This document shows, piece after piece, positions 13,801 to 24,200 of a stretch of DNA of 64,000 nucleotides. The translations under genes were made by a program, and so were the position numbers. Each line of letters begins with the position of its first letter. The stretch's first letter is position 1. Source of the stretch: Botryllus schlosseri (taxonomy: Eukaryota); NCBI GenBank assembly GCA_051294905.1, contig CM119377.1, positions 8,866,001-8,930,000 of the forward strand, written 5' to 3'. Under the pieces are notes generated by a model, which saw nothing but the letters and a program-made list of their open reading frames with translations, was not told the origin of the DNA and did no database searches.

Positions 13801-16800
13801 AAGCGAATTCGCAGAGGATATTGATTGCGGGCATGACAGCAATTTTGATTTGTCAAATGTACTGTACAAACTTCCCATCGAGCCCGTTTTTTATTGTTAT
13901 TGATCGTTTGCTATAGATTATAATTATTTAGCGCATAATTTCGAAAATTTCGAATAAATCTCTCGCACACAGATTGAGAATCACTGGGTTATGGCATTAG
14001 AACTGCTTCCACTTCCACTTGAAATCACGTACATTGCACACTTTTGATTTTGTGAGGTAGGAAGCGGTTTCTGGATATGTCTGCGTGAATTTTACGAATA
14101 GGCTATAATTGCTATAGCAACTCCGCGATACGGTAAACGGTATTACTGTAAATTATTATGTTTTATATATTTGCACCTATTTACATTGCATCGAGAGGAC
14201 GCGCCCTGCAAGTCCGAAAATGTCTGTCTCAGTCGATCTGTTGAAAGTATGTGATCTCACTGCCATATTCACTTCTATAAACTACTTATTGGAATATTTG
14301 TCTTTGTCATCAGACAGTGTTTTTTTACGGGGCGGGTTGGCATGAAAGTGGCATAGCCTTTCGCGCATCCAATGTGTTGTATTATACGCAATGGTAGTCA
14401 AAGCTTTCAGCGTTGGCACTCAAGTATATAGAGGTCAAAGTGACGACCAAAATTTATACTGAATTACAATTAGAAGTAGGGATATCCAAGTCATATTTAA
14501 CTATTCCGAGTGGAAATATGAAATGAAGGTTTGGACGGTACTCAAATAAGTAGCTTTTAAGAGTATAGATTGGGTCTCGAGGGGTCGCATACTAGCAGCA
14601 GTGGGCTAGAGGTTGATACTTTCTAAATTGCAGGGCTCATCTACACGACTGACGCATAATTACCGATGACATTACAAATAAGTGCGATTTTCGAAAAGAG
14701 ATTTATCTACCGTGATACAGTGACTAGTCTTCGCGATTGTCATGACAATTTCACCCATAAGAGTAATGAAAACTTAACCCAAATATATTTTTGTTCAAAT
14801 TAGGGATTTTATAAAGTAAATTGAACTATAGTTTTGCCGACAACCGTTAAACAGAAGTTCTAAAACAGAAGAACTGAAGAGTGTATAGGACAAGTTAGGC
14901 CAAACCCATACTTAAGTACTCCGAAACAGTAGAAAACTTCGTTACTCACCACCTCCTGATATAGCTAATATCATTATTTTACTACTATATTTGACATATT
15001 GAAAAGGTCCCATCGCCCGTATCTTAAATACTAGAATCGCATTACCCAATAACCGTTCATCGATGTATCTTGTTTGAACTTCGTCATTGCTTGCAGTAGG
15101 TCGTGGAGCTCTTCGTCCAATAAATTATTCAAGTTTTTGCGGATTCGAAATTCTGCATGCATGAAATGGCAGTAGAATAACATTGAGCCGCTGATAGTTT
15201 TGGTGCGACAGATGGGTTCACTTTTGGTATGGTAATATACCTCCGCAGATTCCATTGCTGTGACAATCTTTACTAAAATCGTATATTCTACTCATGCGAA
15301 GTTCGTATAGCAATACAATACAAATGCGACCAACGGAGTAAAATAAGGCACACCGATTTGAAGTCGCGTGTGTCATACATGTTTCATAGAACTGCAATTG
15401 GTTGTCCGCACCTTCTCTATTCCACTCATGCCAGTAAATACGCAGCCCAGCACTGACATTAAAATGCAATCATATAAATGCGTGAGGCTTGGGTCGTGAG
15501 ATGAAATAAAACACAGATTTGGGTCGCGTTGCAAAAGTTTGAGAGCCAATGATATATGGCATCAATTTCCAGTTACTATGAAATATCGCATCCCAATTTA
15601 TATACCTTTGGTGATGTCAGTGCAAGTCCTCGCCATGCTACCTCTCCCATTGCAAGCACCCGGAGAATCTCTGCCTTCTGATTTACAAATTCTTTCTCTG
15701 ACTTGAAGTCCGCCCCATTCCGATCGCAGACATTTTGACCACGAACTCCAATTTAACCACGAAGCTGTAATCGGATGTTAGAACACAATTCGCTAGCCTG
15801 ATACGTTTGAGATCATAGGATCCTGTTTTTGACTTGTTGATTTTGACAATACTGCGCATGTGTCTTCGCTTTATTTACCACTTCATCATTTTAATACTAT
15901 TATTGTGCAATTGTGCATGTGCCATTCAGTATGTATGTATGTTGTTAGGTAGAAAGCTTCATGTTTTTCTGTTAGGCTCCCTAGGCCAAGTTGGGTGATA
16001 TATCGATAGACTGCATCACATCTTCTCTGTGTTTTCGTTGTAGCGCAACCTTGTTGTCTTTCAAAATGATTAGAATATCAAGGAATTTGAGTGATTATCT
16101 CATCAGTATCTTGCGTGTGGATACTGGATAGGATCCCAGCATACACTGACCGAATGCAGGAATGAGAGTTGATTTTCAACGCATGATGCATGGTAAAGTG
16201 TAAAACTCAAAATGAAAATACACACGGTTTCCTGCTATATATGAATAAGATGTAATCTAGAGGTGGGCAAACTACGGCCCTCTACAAAATTTTGTGCGGC
16301 CTGCGAAACCCCCAATAAAGGTAAAAAAAGATATTATTAAAATGCATAGTTGATATTAAATTAGTGCAAACTGGATCAAGCTTTCTCCTAAATTTCACCG
16401 CGATGTTGATAGGCATTAGTCTTACTATGGTGTTTCTTTATTTTCTTGCTGGCGCCATACCAGACCTCAGCGCCAATGAGTTTTGAAAAGTTCAGATTGC
16501 TAAACCTCCCAGAAAGTCAAAACCAAAATGGCTTAATTGGAGTGATGTGCGTGGGTTTTTGGATTGACAACTCAAACAAATTTATTACTATATCGGCAAT
16601 GTACTTAGAAACACCGATTCGTGCGTGTTTTCGGTAGATGCGTCCTGTGCATATGTGTACTTGGGTACAAACTAATTCACAAACTTCGATTACAACTCAT
16701 TCGCAAAGAAACACGAGATTGTTCGGATTGGGACGGATATCCCTCAGATACACGAGCTATCGGATAGATTCGGATTCTCCGAAATCAATATCCACTAAAC

Positions 16801-19800
16801 ACTTCTGTTCGCGAAGTCAAATCTTCAGCCGATTCCAAGAATGGGCATATACCTGACTTTCATGCCTTCGACAAGTATGTTCCTCAGGATGACCAGTTTA
16901 TTTATTCTCGTTAATGTTGCTGACGCGTGTGCGTTATCATTAAAATATTTGATTTGTTCCAATCATATATATATTATGTTTATTGTTTATTTCATTAGTC
17001 ACTATATCATCAAATAAATGATTTGTGTTCGCGTGTACCAATTTTACGATGGTGCGGCCCGCGAACGGGTTGGGATGGTAAATGCGGACCTCGACCTGAA
17101 AAGTTTACCTGGTTCACAATTCGTATCGTTGTGCAATGCAAAGTTCTTCTTACACACACATCTACAGGAATTGTTCGGATACAGTATTGTACCTTGTTCG
17201 CATTCGAGTTGGCATAGTATCGTACCTAAAACGGAGTTTTTGACAACGCTTATTATAGAAAAGTAACCGGTATTTACTGCGATTGTGCATCTGCACTGTG
17301 GAGTATATCAGGGATCAAGTCGCGAGTCTGAGTCACTTTAGACAGGTCCTGGAAAGCTACCAGAATGAGCGTCTACATACTATTATTTCGCCATTAGGCA
17401 TTGCGTTGCTAGCAGGTGGGCAAATTCCGTGAAATTACATTGTTCTGTTCAAACTCTTTGTCCATTACATTAGAGTGATGTTCCTTGCTCGGAACACAGT
17501 GTCCTACGATGGTGTGGCTACAACCAAATCGAACGGATCACTCTGTTTGGGTTACCTCATTCTCTCCATTTGACCAAAGGCAATTTACGGCAATATCTAG
17601 ACGTGCTTGCCGAGCGCGAAATTTGATAAAACGAACAGCAAAATGATAGCTGCCACGGTACTAATTCCGGATATATAAAGTTCATTCTGCTCATAGCCCT
17701 CGACACCCCCCCCCCCCCCCCTAAAAAAATATACCTCCAACTGTGCACTTTGACGAAGCCTAACATTGTGACGCAATTATGTCGTCTAGAATCACGATGC
17801 CTTGTAGATCATGACCAGGGAAGCAGCGGCGCGGCGAAAGTGAGAGTGCTCGATCAGCGACGCAGCAACAGCAATACGCTTGAAATAGCATATCTTGATA
17901 CTAAAAATGATCTACTCTCACTATGCTCGCCTCCAATCATAACAGTTGATAGTGTTGATACTAGATTCGGATTCGAGTAGTCGCATCGCGGTCGTAATTG
18001 AGATATGGTGGAGTACATCATATGATAAATATGAACTCCAACAAATTCAATTGAAATGTGATTGCAATGAATTCGTAACTGACCATTGAAAGCGCCGGGA
18101 TCTTCCAATTTTCTGAACGCGTGTGTAGTATTGTCTCTGACTGTTGCGCCGTGGTCAAGGTGAGCTTCAACATTGAATGTTCGATTCGTGACAGCTTGTA
18201 CCTGAATCCACACAACTACACTCCAGACCACGACCTTGGAGAGCATTAGATTAAAAAGATTGTCTGTCATCGAAGCATATGGTTACGGGCGGCTGTCAGC
18301 AGCGTAAGAAATATAATTTCGACTTAAATGAGGCACATATTTCGCAGCCATTTTGTAATTCATTGCTATTCTTTAACGCCAGGCCATCGATATCTGGTAC
18401 TTTCGGAGTATATTGCAAAGGCTGTGATTTTGAACCAATCGAAATATGAAACGTATTGACGGCGAGGTATCATAAAGGATTTGAGTATAATGCCTGTTTC
18501 CTCGGTGATTCTTAGCTCTTAGGACTCTAATATATTGAGCAATGAGCATGCATCCCTGAAAATATCAATATGGGCAAAAGACATCGAATGCTGGATGTTG
18601 TATCACGCTACCCGAGTTGCGAGTCAATCTAGTATTCCGTGCAAAAGAAAGACAACAGACTGATTTACTTTTTCGACTGGATTCCAGTTATGTTGAAGCT
18701 GCGGCTCACTGGTAATTGAGTCGAATGGAGCAGAGTCATGTCATGTCAATATCGGCGTAGCCACTCCACATAGGCGACGCATTGCGACTAGGGCTGGGCA
18801 AAATCGAGTACCTGAGTGATTGGATTCTGAAACACGTATTACGCTTCGCGTCGAGTCGAGTATTCGAGTATCACCCATTATAACGTCACAACAGAATGTA
18901 CTGTGTCAAAGCCCAAATATGTACCTTTCATACCACCACAATGAACGTAATGCCTGTTATCCGTCAGGATAGTTTGGTAATTTTCGACCATACCGATTTC
19001 ATTGCACTTCTTGCCAATGATGTGGGATGATCATGACTTCAGAAATGTGTTATTTTCAGTAACGTTCGCAGCTTTGTACTATGTTTCGTATGCTGTGACA
19101 CGGTCAATCAAGGCTTCTAGGCTTCCTCAGTGGAAAATAGTATCAAAACTATAATTCTCGTTAGTAAATTAACTTTCAGTTGCGAGGAGCCTATAATTTT
19201 AGTACTCGAAAAAATCGCCTTTTACTACTCGACCCGAATCATTAAAATTGATACTCGATTCAGATTCGAGTACTCGAATCATTGTGCCCAGCCCTAATTG
19301 CGACACTGATAATGATTGTCACTCCTGTCCATGTCCAACTAACCGCAAGGGATCTCGCAACCAGACTTGGACAGCTAGATAATTCTAGTCTAATTTCACT
19401 AAATTAGAGCGAAATGCCAGTAATATAATTCTAATCTAATTTGAAAAAGCTGAAAATTTTCTAGTTGTCCTAGTCTGCTCGCAACACTTAGGCTAGTATC
19501 TATTACCTTAGTGCTGATGAACTACGCTGAACAATTGATCATCAATGATCCACAGTAATGCTATGCAAGCTGACTCGTAAACAATACACTCTTAGCCAAA
19601 TGAGGTCGGTATTACCACCCGCTTACCACCCCTTATATGCGGGTGTGAATATATACCCCGCATGGCACACATTCAAATTATGCATACACGTAGGAACGTA
19701 AGAAGGCATACACGTACGCACGTAGGATTTATGACCGCGATATAATTCTGAGTTAAGTTCTGTTTTCGCGCTCTACCCTTTGGGTTGAATACACAGTATT

Positions 19801-20252
19801 TTCGCTGTTGCGTAGCTACTATTAAACCTGGAATGATGCGACAACATGCGAGACCCCTTCTCTGTTTTTGTTGATCCTAGATGCAAGAGATTTGCTCAGA
19901 CTAGCGGAAACTTGATTGATCTGAGATTTTCGCTCGACTCTCGCATAGTTTGTCTTATCGATCCCGCTCAAGGTATTTATTTCAATGACATTATTCCATG
20001 TCATCAATTGACGATTTTGATACGACAATACGTTAGTAGGCTAAGGTGGGCGTTATTGATAGACATCACATTATAATTTTTGGTCGTTTTCGTGTGATCC
20101 GCGTAAGCAATGTCTAAGGTCGTTGCATAGATCGCGATAAAAAAGGATTGTCTTACAAGATCCCAGAACGAAGGTTGGACGTGCTGCAAGTCCACAGATC
20201 TGCCAGGAATCATAAAAGATGAATGAACAAATACCAAGAACAACAACATCAT
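1517..20252 (-). CDS. Gene B: secreted Tuphoxin-like type-3 dicopper phenoloxidase (signal peptide + unknown domain + Cys-rich/EGF-like + TSP1 + tyrosinase/haemocyanin-type domain), ~593 aa
   Basis: Hand-spliced exons in transcription order: 20157-20252, 19828-20040, 18084-18201, 17154-17225, 15606-15764, 15046-15152, 11600-11741, 6466-6643, 5585-5717, 4297-4491, 1517-1885. All junctions are GT-AG and phase-matched; total 1782 nt (594 codons with stop). All six Cu-ligand His are present (WHG, SWH, WHR; PHDQIH, DPIFMVHH), plus GIPYWDWT. TSP1 fused to a mollusc-haemocyanin-like domain is the architecture described for ascidian Tuphoxins. The C-terminus could extend further. Confidence 0.88.
2536..2597 (+). 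repeat. 12-bp tandem repeat (gttactgctact)x5
   Basis: Direct reading of the sequence. Confidence 0.92.
2716..4012. mobile_element. 1.3-kb non-autonomous hAT element, TIR CAGAGGTGGTCA
   Basis: Perfect 8-bp TSD GTTATACA; subterminal agtaga/tactcaagt arrays. Decayed relatives at about 14500-14960, 21540-21700, 26330-26840, 27680-28160, 37500-37730, 39330-39520, 43830-44230 and 47880-48310. Confidence 0.88.
4297..6643 (-). CDS. Gene B exons 8-10 (6466-6643, 5585-5717, 4297-4491), PYWDW motif and CuB site
   Basis: GLSKHLKNKTLGIPYWDWT...NPFY | ...RALMCHDYYNYDSQHSFIPHDQ | IHNCMCVDGACDFGMPTTSYAAYDPIFMVHHSAMDRLF. Phases match across the N gap. Confidence 0.93.
4874..5375. other. Assembly gap (~500 N)
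   Basis: Run of N inside an intron of gene B; the X-filled ORFs spanning it are artefacts. Confidence 0.99.
8065..9264. mobile_element. 1.2-kb non-autonomous hAT element, TIR CAGTGACGTGCGGT
   Basis: TSD gggcaatc/gtgcaatc; internal caggtgaggca...tgcctcacctg hairpins and a ~90-bp direct repeat near 8490-8640. Confidence 0.78.
9770..10182. mobile_element. hAT MITE (TAGGGTTACCAT family) nested in the end of a TAGGGTTGCATTT MITE
   Basis: Perfect 8-bp TSD TTTTAAAT; host end aaatgcaacccta follows at ~10200; inverted copy of the 13351-13701 element. Confidence 0.8.
11212..11483 (-). mobile_element. tRNA-derived SINE family 1 (tRNA-Cys-like head), full length
   Basis: Minus strand: A box TAGCGCAGTGG, ctgcaa loop, B box GGTTCGAGTCC; TSD gctgcggtcaa. 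Confidence 0.85.
11600..15152 (-). CDS. Gene B exons 6-7 (15046-15152, 11600-11741), tyrosinase N-terminus and CuA site
   Basis: EFRIRKNLNNLLDEELHDLLQAMTKFKQDTSMNGYW | NIVSWHGYPGRCRWNNNITGHENNHCSWHHHPLFQPWHRLIMVQLEL matches the haemocyanin functional-unit start and the H-x4-F-x2-W-H-R CuA motif. Confidence 0.93.
12245..12745 (-). mobile_element. RTE-clade LINE, 5'-truncated 3' end
   Basis: LKTRIFRATVEQVLLYGIEALTLT...ERRLRLIGHLVRH...RRGGWNRTTWRSTIETEL...AHDRPRWRRLI*: the RTE ORF C-terminal signature. Confidence 0.88.
13351..13701. mobile_element. hAT MITE, TIR TAGGGTTACCATA
   Basis: tagggttaccata...tatggtaacccta; TSD ttctaaag/ttttaaag. Confidence 0.85.
15606..15764 (-). CDS. Gene B exon 5, thrombospondin type-1 repeat (TSP1)
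   Basis: SWLNWSSWSKCLRSEWGGLQVRERICKSEGRDSPGACNGRGSMARTCTDITK: WxxWxxW-C, RxRxC and C-G motifs; phase 1-1. Missed by the ORF track. Confidence 0.92.
17154..17225 (-). CDS. Gene B exon 4, small Cys-rich (EGF/CXC-like) module
   Basis: GTILCQLECEQGTILYPNNSCRCV; ttttag| acceptor, |GTAAGA donor, phase 1-1. Confidence 0.75.
18084..20040 (-). CDS. Gene B exons 2-3 (19828-20040, 18084-18201), unassigned N-terminal domain
   Basis: PTNVLSYQNRQLMTWNNVIEINTLSGIDK...SHVVASFQ | VQAVTNRTFNVEAHLDHGATVRDNTTHAFRKLEDPGAFN; phases 0/0/1 match the neighbours. An alternative acceptor 33 nt upstream is possible for exon 3. Confidence 0.65.
18789..19296. mobile_element. hAT MITE, TIR TAGGGCTGGGCA
   Basis: Perfect 8-bp TSD ATTGCGAC; second copy at ~57934-58448. 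Confidence 0.88.
20157..20252 (-). CDS. Gene B first coding exon, signal peptide
   Basis: MMLLFLVFVHSSFMIPGRSVDLQHVQPSFWDL; in-frame stop upstream of the ATG; donor CTT|GTAAGA. Confidence 0.65.
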
Positions 20253-20959
20253 AGTCGTTTCAACATCTCTTTACCTGGTCATTGTATTGCATTGCAGCCT
20301 ATACCCATATGCATCGCACTGTACAGTGTACATTGTGTGTCAAGGTCAAATGATAACACTAGTATCGCTGATTGGGATATATGTTCAAATAACAGAAATA
20401 TTTTCAAAGCAGTCTGCGTTTCGATCCTCCGTGGTGGATCGCGTTCGAATTATCACACGTGGATCGATCGGTGGAAGCAAAAAGTTTGTGGAGAGATCCT
20501 TTAGTGATCCAGCAGCAGGCTGAATACGCATTCGGGGCATGTAATTGACCACATCATCAAGGCTTGACGACTGTACCTCGTACATGTGGTTGTCACAATG
20601 ATGAATGTGTCATGACTATATTTTCCTGTAACATTTCCTTCTTGTCGTATACATTCGCAGGCTGCTAAGATCTTTGCTCTGATTGATATGCTTCCTCTTG
20701 CAATCGATTTTAAAACTTTTCCGGCCCTCGCTAATGCAGTCTTTAATCATATTTTTGTAAACCGTAAGCACTTCCACTCATCTTACTCGCATATACTGGT
20801 AATGTACTGATGGGCATATTTGAAAATCTGAAATCAAGCTCAAATATTGATTCTATATGCTATTTCAGTAGACGCCTTCGGACACTTTTCTATTTAAATG
20901 TAGAATCATTGATCTGCGAGGTTGCGCTTGAATCCCAGACAAGGCGATAAAGTGTCATT

Positions 20960-20965
20960 TTTATT
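20960..20965 (-). promoter_or_regulatory. Probable polyadenylation signal (AATAAA) of gene A
   Basis: Plus-strand tttatt, ~100 nt downstream of the gene A stop codon. Confidence 0.5.
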
Positions 20966-21067
20966 CAAGCGCAATAGATATGCTTATAGGATTAGATCAA
21001 CTGTGGTAGGTGAATGTGCAACTATGTACAAATAAGTTTCGCTGCAACTACGGAAGTGTTATCGCCT

Positions 21068-21253
21068 TTAAACGCTATCTTCGACCAACGGTTCTCCCAA
21101 GGGTGAGTTTGTGTAAAGCGGGGGTGCACTCGGTTCCATTTCGTATGCGATGTTGACCACGCTCTTCGCAGCTGGTTCTTTCTCACTGGAATCGTAGGAT
21201 GGCGGCGGCGTGTGCATGCGAACGAGACTGTTTGTAGGTGTCACCTTTCGCTG
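21068..21253 (-). CDS. Gene A last exon, cytoplasmic tail
   Basis: QRKVTPTNSLVRMHTPPPSYDSSEKEPAAKSVVNIAYEMEPSAPPLYTNSPLGEPLVEDSV*; acceptor tattatag|. Missed by the ORF track. Confidence 0.88.
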   Translation of the reverse strand, partial: QRKVTPTNSLVRMHTPPPSYDSSEKEPAAKSVVNIAYEMEPSAPPLYTNSPLGEPLVEDSV

Positions 21254-24200
21254 CTATAATATAGACAAAGCAACTTTCCAAATTTGGTCAATGGTCAATT
21301 GGTCATGCGTGATCGAATACGCGACGATGTAAATTAAGCCGATGGGTAGGGTATAGCGCTGGGAGACGTGGCTATTTCGAATTCCAATTGCGCAGACCGG
21401 GACGTATCATGGGCTTAGTTTGGATGTAAGGTGGGAAGAGGCGACAAAACTGTATCAGTAATGCGACCTTAGTGATTCAATGTCGTATGTTATAAGAAAT
21501 TATACAGCTTTGGTACACCAAATAAAATATATAGGTAGAGTCGACTTACTTACTCCAGTGGTTATGTATTTTTGAATGATTACTCTTCTATTTCACAGTT
21601 TTGTGGACAACTTTACCTAATTTAAGACTTCGGATTTTGTCAAGTAAAAAGTTACGACGTAACTTCTATTTCTACTTGAGTACCCACGCTGGTTACTTTG
21701 GCCATCTCTAAGAATAGTGAAATATTTGCAGCAGAAAGTTCCCCAGCATCGATTAAAAAATATATTCCTGGTCATTTATATAGAATACATTGCACAATTA
21801 TATAATGTTTGCAGGATATTAACCTGAAGCAAACAAAAACATGGGCGGAGAATGTTGATTAGGAAGGTCACAGTTTCGCGATGCAAACGCCATTCCATTT
21901 TCTGCCCCAAGTTATATTACTCGCTCCATGTCAACAAATAAGGTGTCGTTTGTTTGTGTTATTCATGGTGTTTGTCGACTACATAATGGTCATTTATACC
22001 AGTCCGATTAGCTTTATTTTGAATCCGTATCTACCGACTTGTAGCACGTCACACTTCTAGGCTTTTTAAGACAACGCTTGCGCGGATCAGATGGCGAGGA
22101 GTAGTCTAGATAAATCTTCAACCCTTAGATTAGGATTCTGGAGTCGACCTCGGTCGGATTCGAACCCATCGGTGTTACAGCTGTGAATCACACCACTACG
22201 CTATCTCGCCTACCAAAAATACGGTGTCAATTTTCCCTTACCGTACTAGCCTTCCCATGATAATACTTCACAAGTAATAGCAGAACGACTGTGACAGCAA
22301 CCAGAGCAATGGTTAGTCCGATTACAGCGCCTACACCCAGGCCGTTAGGCGATGGCTTGTCACGCGTCGATGTACCTTCAAAATACAGTCGTTCAATTGA
22401 TCACTGCATAGGCGTGCAAAAATCTATGCTTACGTGTGATCTGGTTCGCTGTTGCTGTCGTTTCAGGAGATTGATCATTAGCGTCCGTTGTGCTAGTTTC
22501 GATTTGCAAAAACACCCTTCATGTCATGTATACAGAGAGGTTAACAAAACCGCCAGAATAGATAGCAACTTTTGAACTCACGCAAAATAACCTTGATACA
22601 CGGAACATGTGCATGTTACTGTGGAAGCGGATATATCTACATCAGAGGAGCAAGAGGATGCTGTCCAGACGTTGGAAGAAGCGCGATGTCGGCACTAAAA
22701 TTAGCGAGAAGTCATACTATCATGAAGAGAGGGCTGAAGTAGTCAGTTTTTATACCCAAGTAGAAGTAAATCCATAAATTTCTCAATTACAAGTAGAAGC
22801 AGCGATTTACCAAAACTATTTCACGCGGCAGGAGAAAATAATGGTCTGAAATCAACTCAAGTAAGTATAGTTTCAAAAGTATTAGCATTAAATCGGAGGT
22901 GCCACTTTCGTAATTGCAAGATGCATCTTGACGACTAATGCAAAATTGACAATGGACGCAGCAAATATGCGCATTTTCCGTAAATTTATTCCGGTCCGGT
23001 GAGGTGATACATACAGGGGCAGTCACGGGCAATTTTCGTGACAATTTCACTCAGAACAGTGATGCAAACATAGCGAAAAATGGCATTATACTTTACAGTG
23101 TAAGACGTTCGTAGTTTCGCCCAAAATCTGTCAAGTATATAGAAAGGGGCGCAGACTAAAGACAGAAGTACCACCTCGTGAAGTCATACTATTATGAGGT
23201 ACCCTTGGTGCCGGATGGGGACCGTGATGTTATAGACTTAAGTCGGAAGCACAGGTGTTGTCGAAAATACCCATTGCTTTTGAAGATATTCTATACCTGT
23301 GCATATCCATCATCTTACCTCAACAGAATTGGTATCGGTTCCTGGTGTTATCGTCAGGTTTCTATATTCGATTGTCAGCTTGTTGCCGGTTCCAGCATCA
23401 CTATCTAGTAGTTCTGATCCGTCGGCCGGGTTACGGACGAAAAACTGTGACCAAGAAGCACATTAGAAACTGTATAGAGATCAAGTAAGATATCACGCAC
23501 TCACCGCCGATATGGGGGTTAATCTTTGTCCGTATGGGTCGGATGCGCTGTAATCTGAGTTGATCGCATCTAACTCGTAACTGCCGAATGACAAACACGC
23601 TCCTTGGCATGTAGTAGTCTAAAAATAAACTAAAATCGTAAAAGAGTAATCACTTAATTGACTCAGCATACGTACCGATGAGGAATCGCAGTCCCAGTTG
23701 CTGTATAGACTTTGTATCGATTCGTCCAAATGGTACTGTGTAAAATATTGTCGTTTAGCTTACAGCAGGGATCTCATACTGAAAACTGCTCGCGGGCCAA
23801 TTTCCTAGTGTTCGATGCCGCCACAAGCCGCAGCATCCATTATTACATGGGGATTCACTGTCTTCTAAGGGTAATCATTTATGGTCGTGAATAGGCAATG
23901 TCACGTAATAGCAGATGTTCCACCGCATCGTAGCGTTGGAAAGTGATATGATACTGAGGTTTGATGAGTAGCTTACGGTTTTCGGAGCAGTTTTAGAGTG
24001 AATTTATATTTTCAAATCTAAAAAAATATCTGTTGCGCTCAAATATCGTCCATTACTTGAAAATCTAAAATTTCGGCACGGGGCGCACAAAAGGTTCTCG
24101 CGAGCCGCGTGTCTGATACCCCTTGTTTATAGCTTAATCGCACGTAGGGCTGGGCAGTGGTTACGATAATGATTTTTCCGAGCCCTTGCCCTTAAGAGAT

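Noticed and set aside
15218-15469. 83-aa minus-strand ORF next to the tyrosinase exon
   Set aside because: The TSP1 exon joins 15152 directly in phase; no recognisable motif.
20385-20585. 66-aa ORF between genes A and B, as a possible fusion exon
   Set aside because: Gene A has a clear stop and poly(A) signal, gene B has its own signal peptide, and the frame is closed on both sides.
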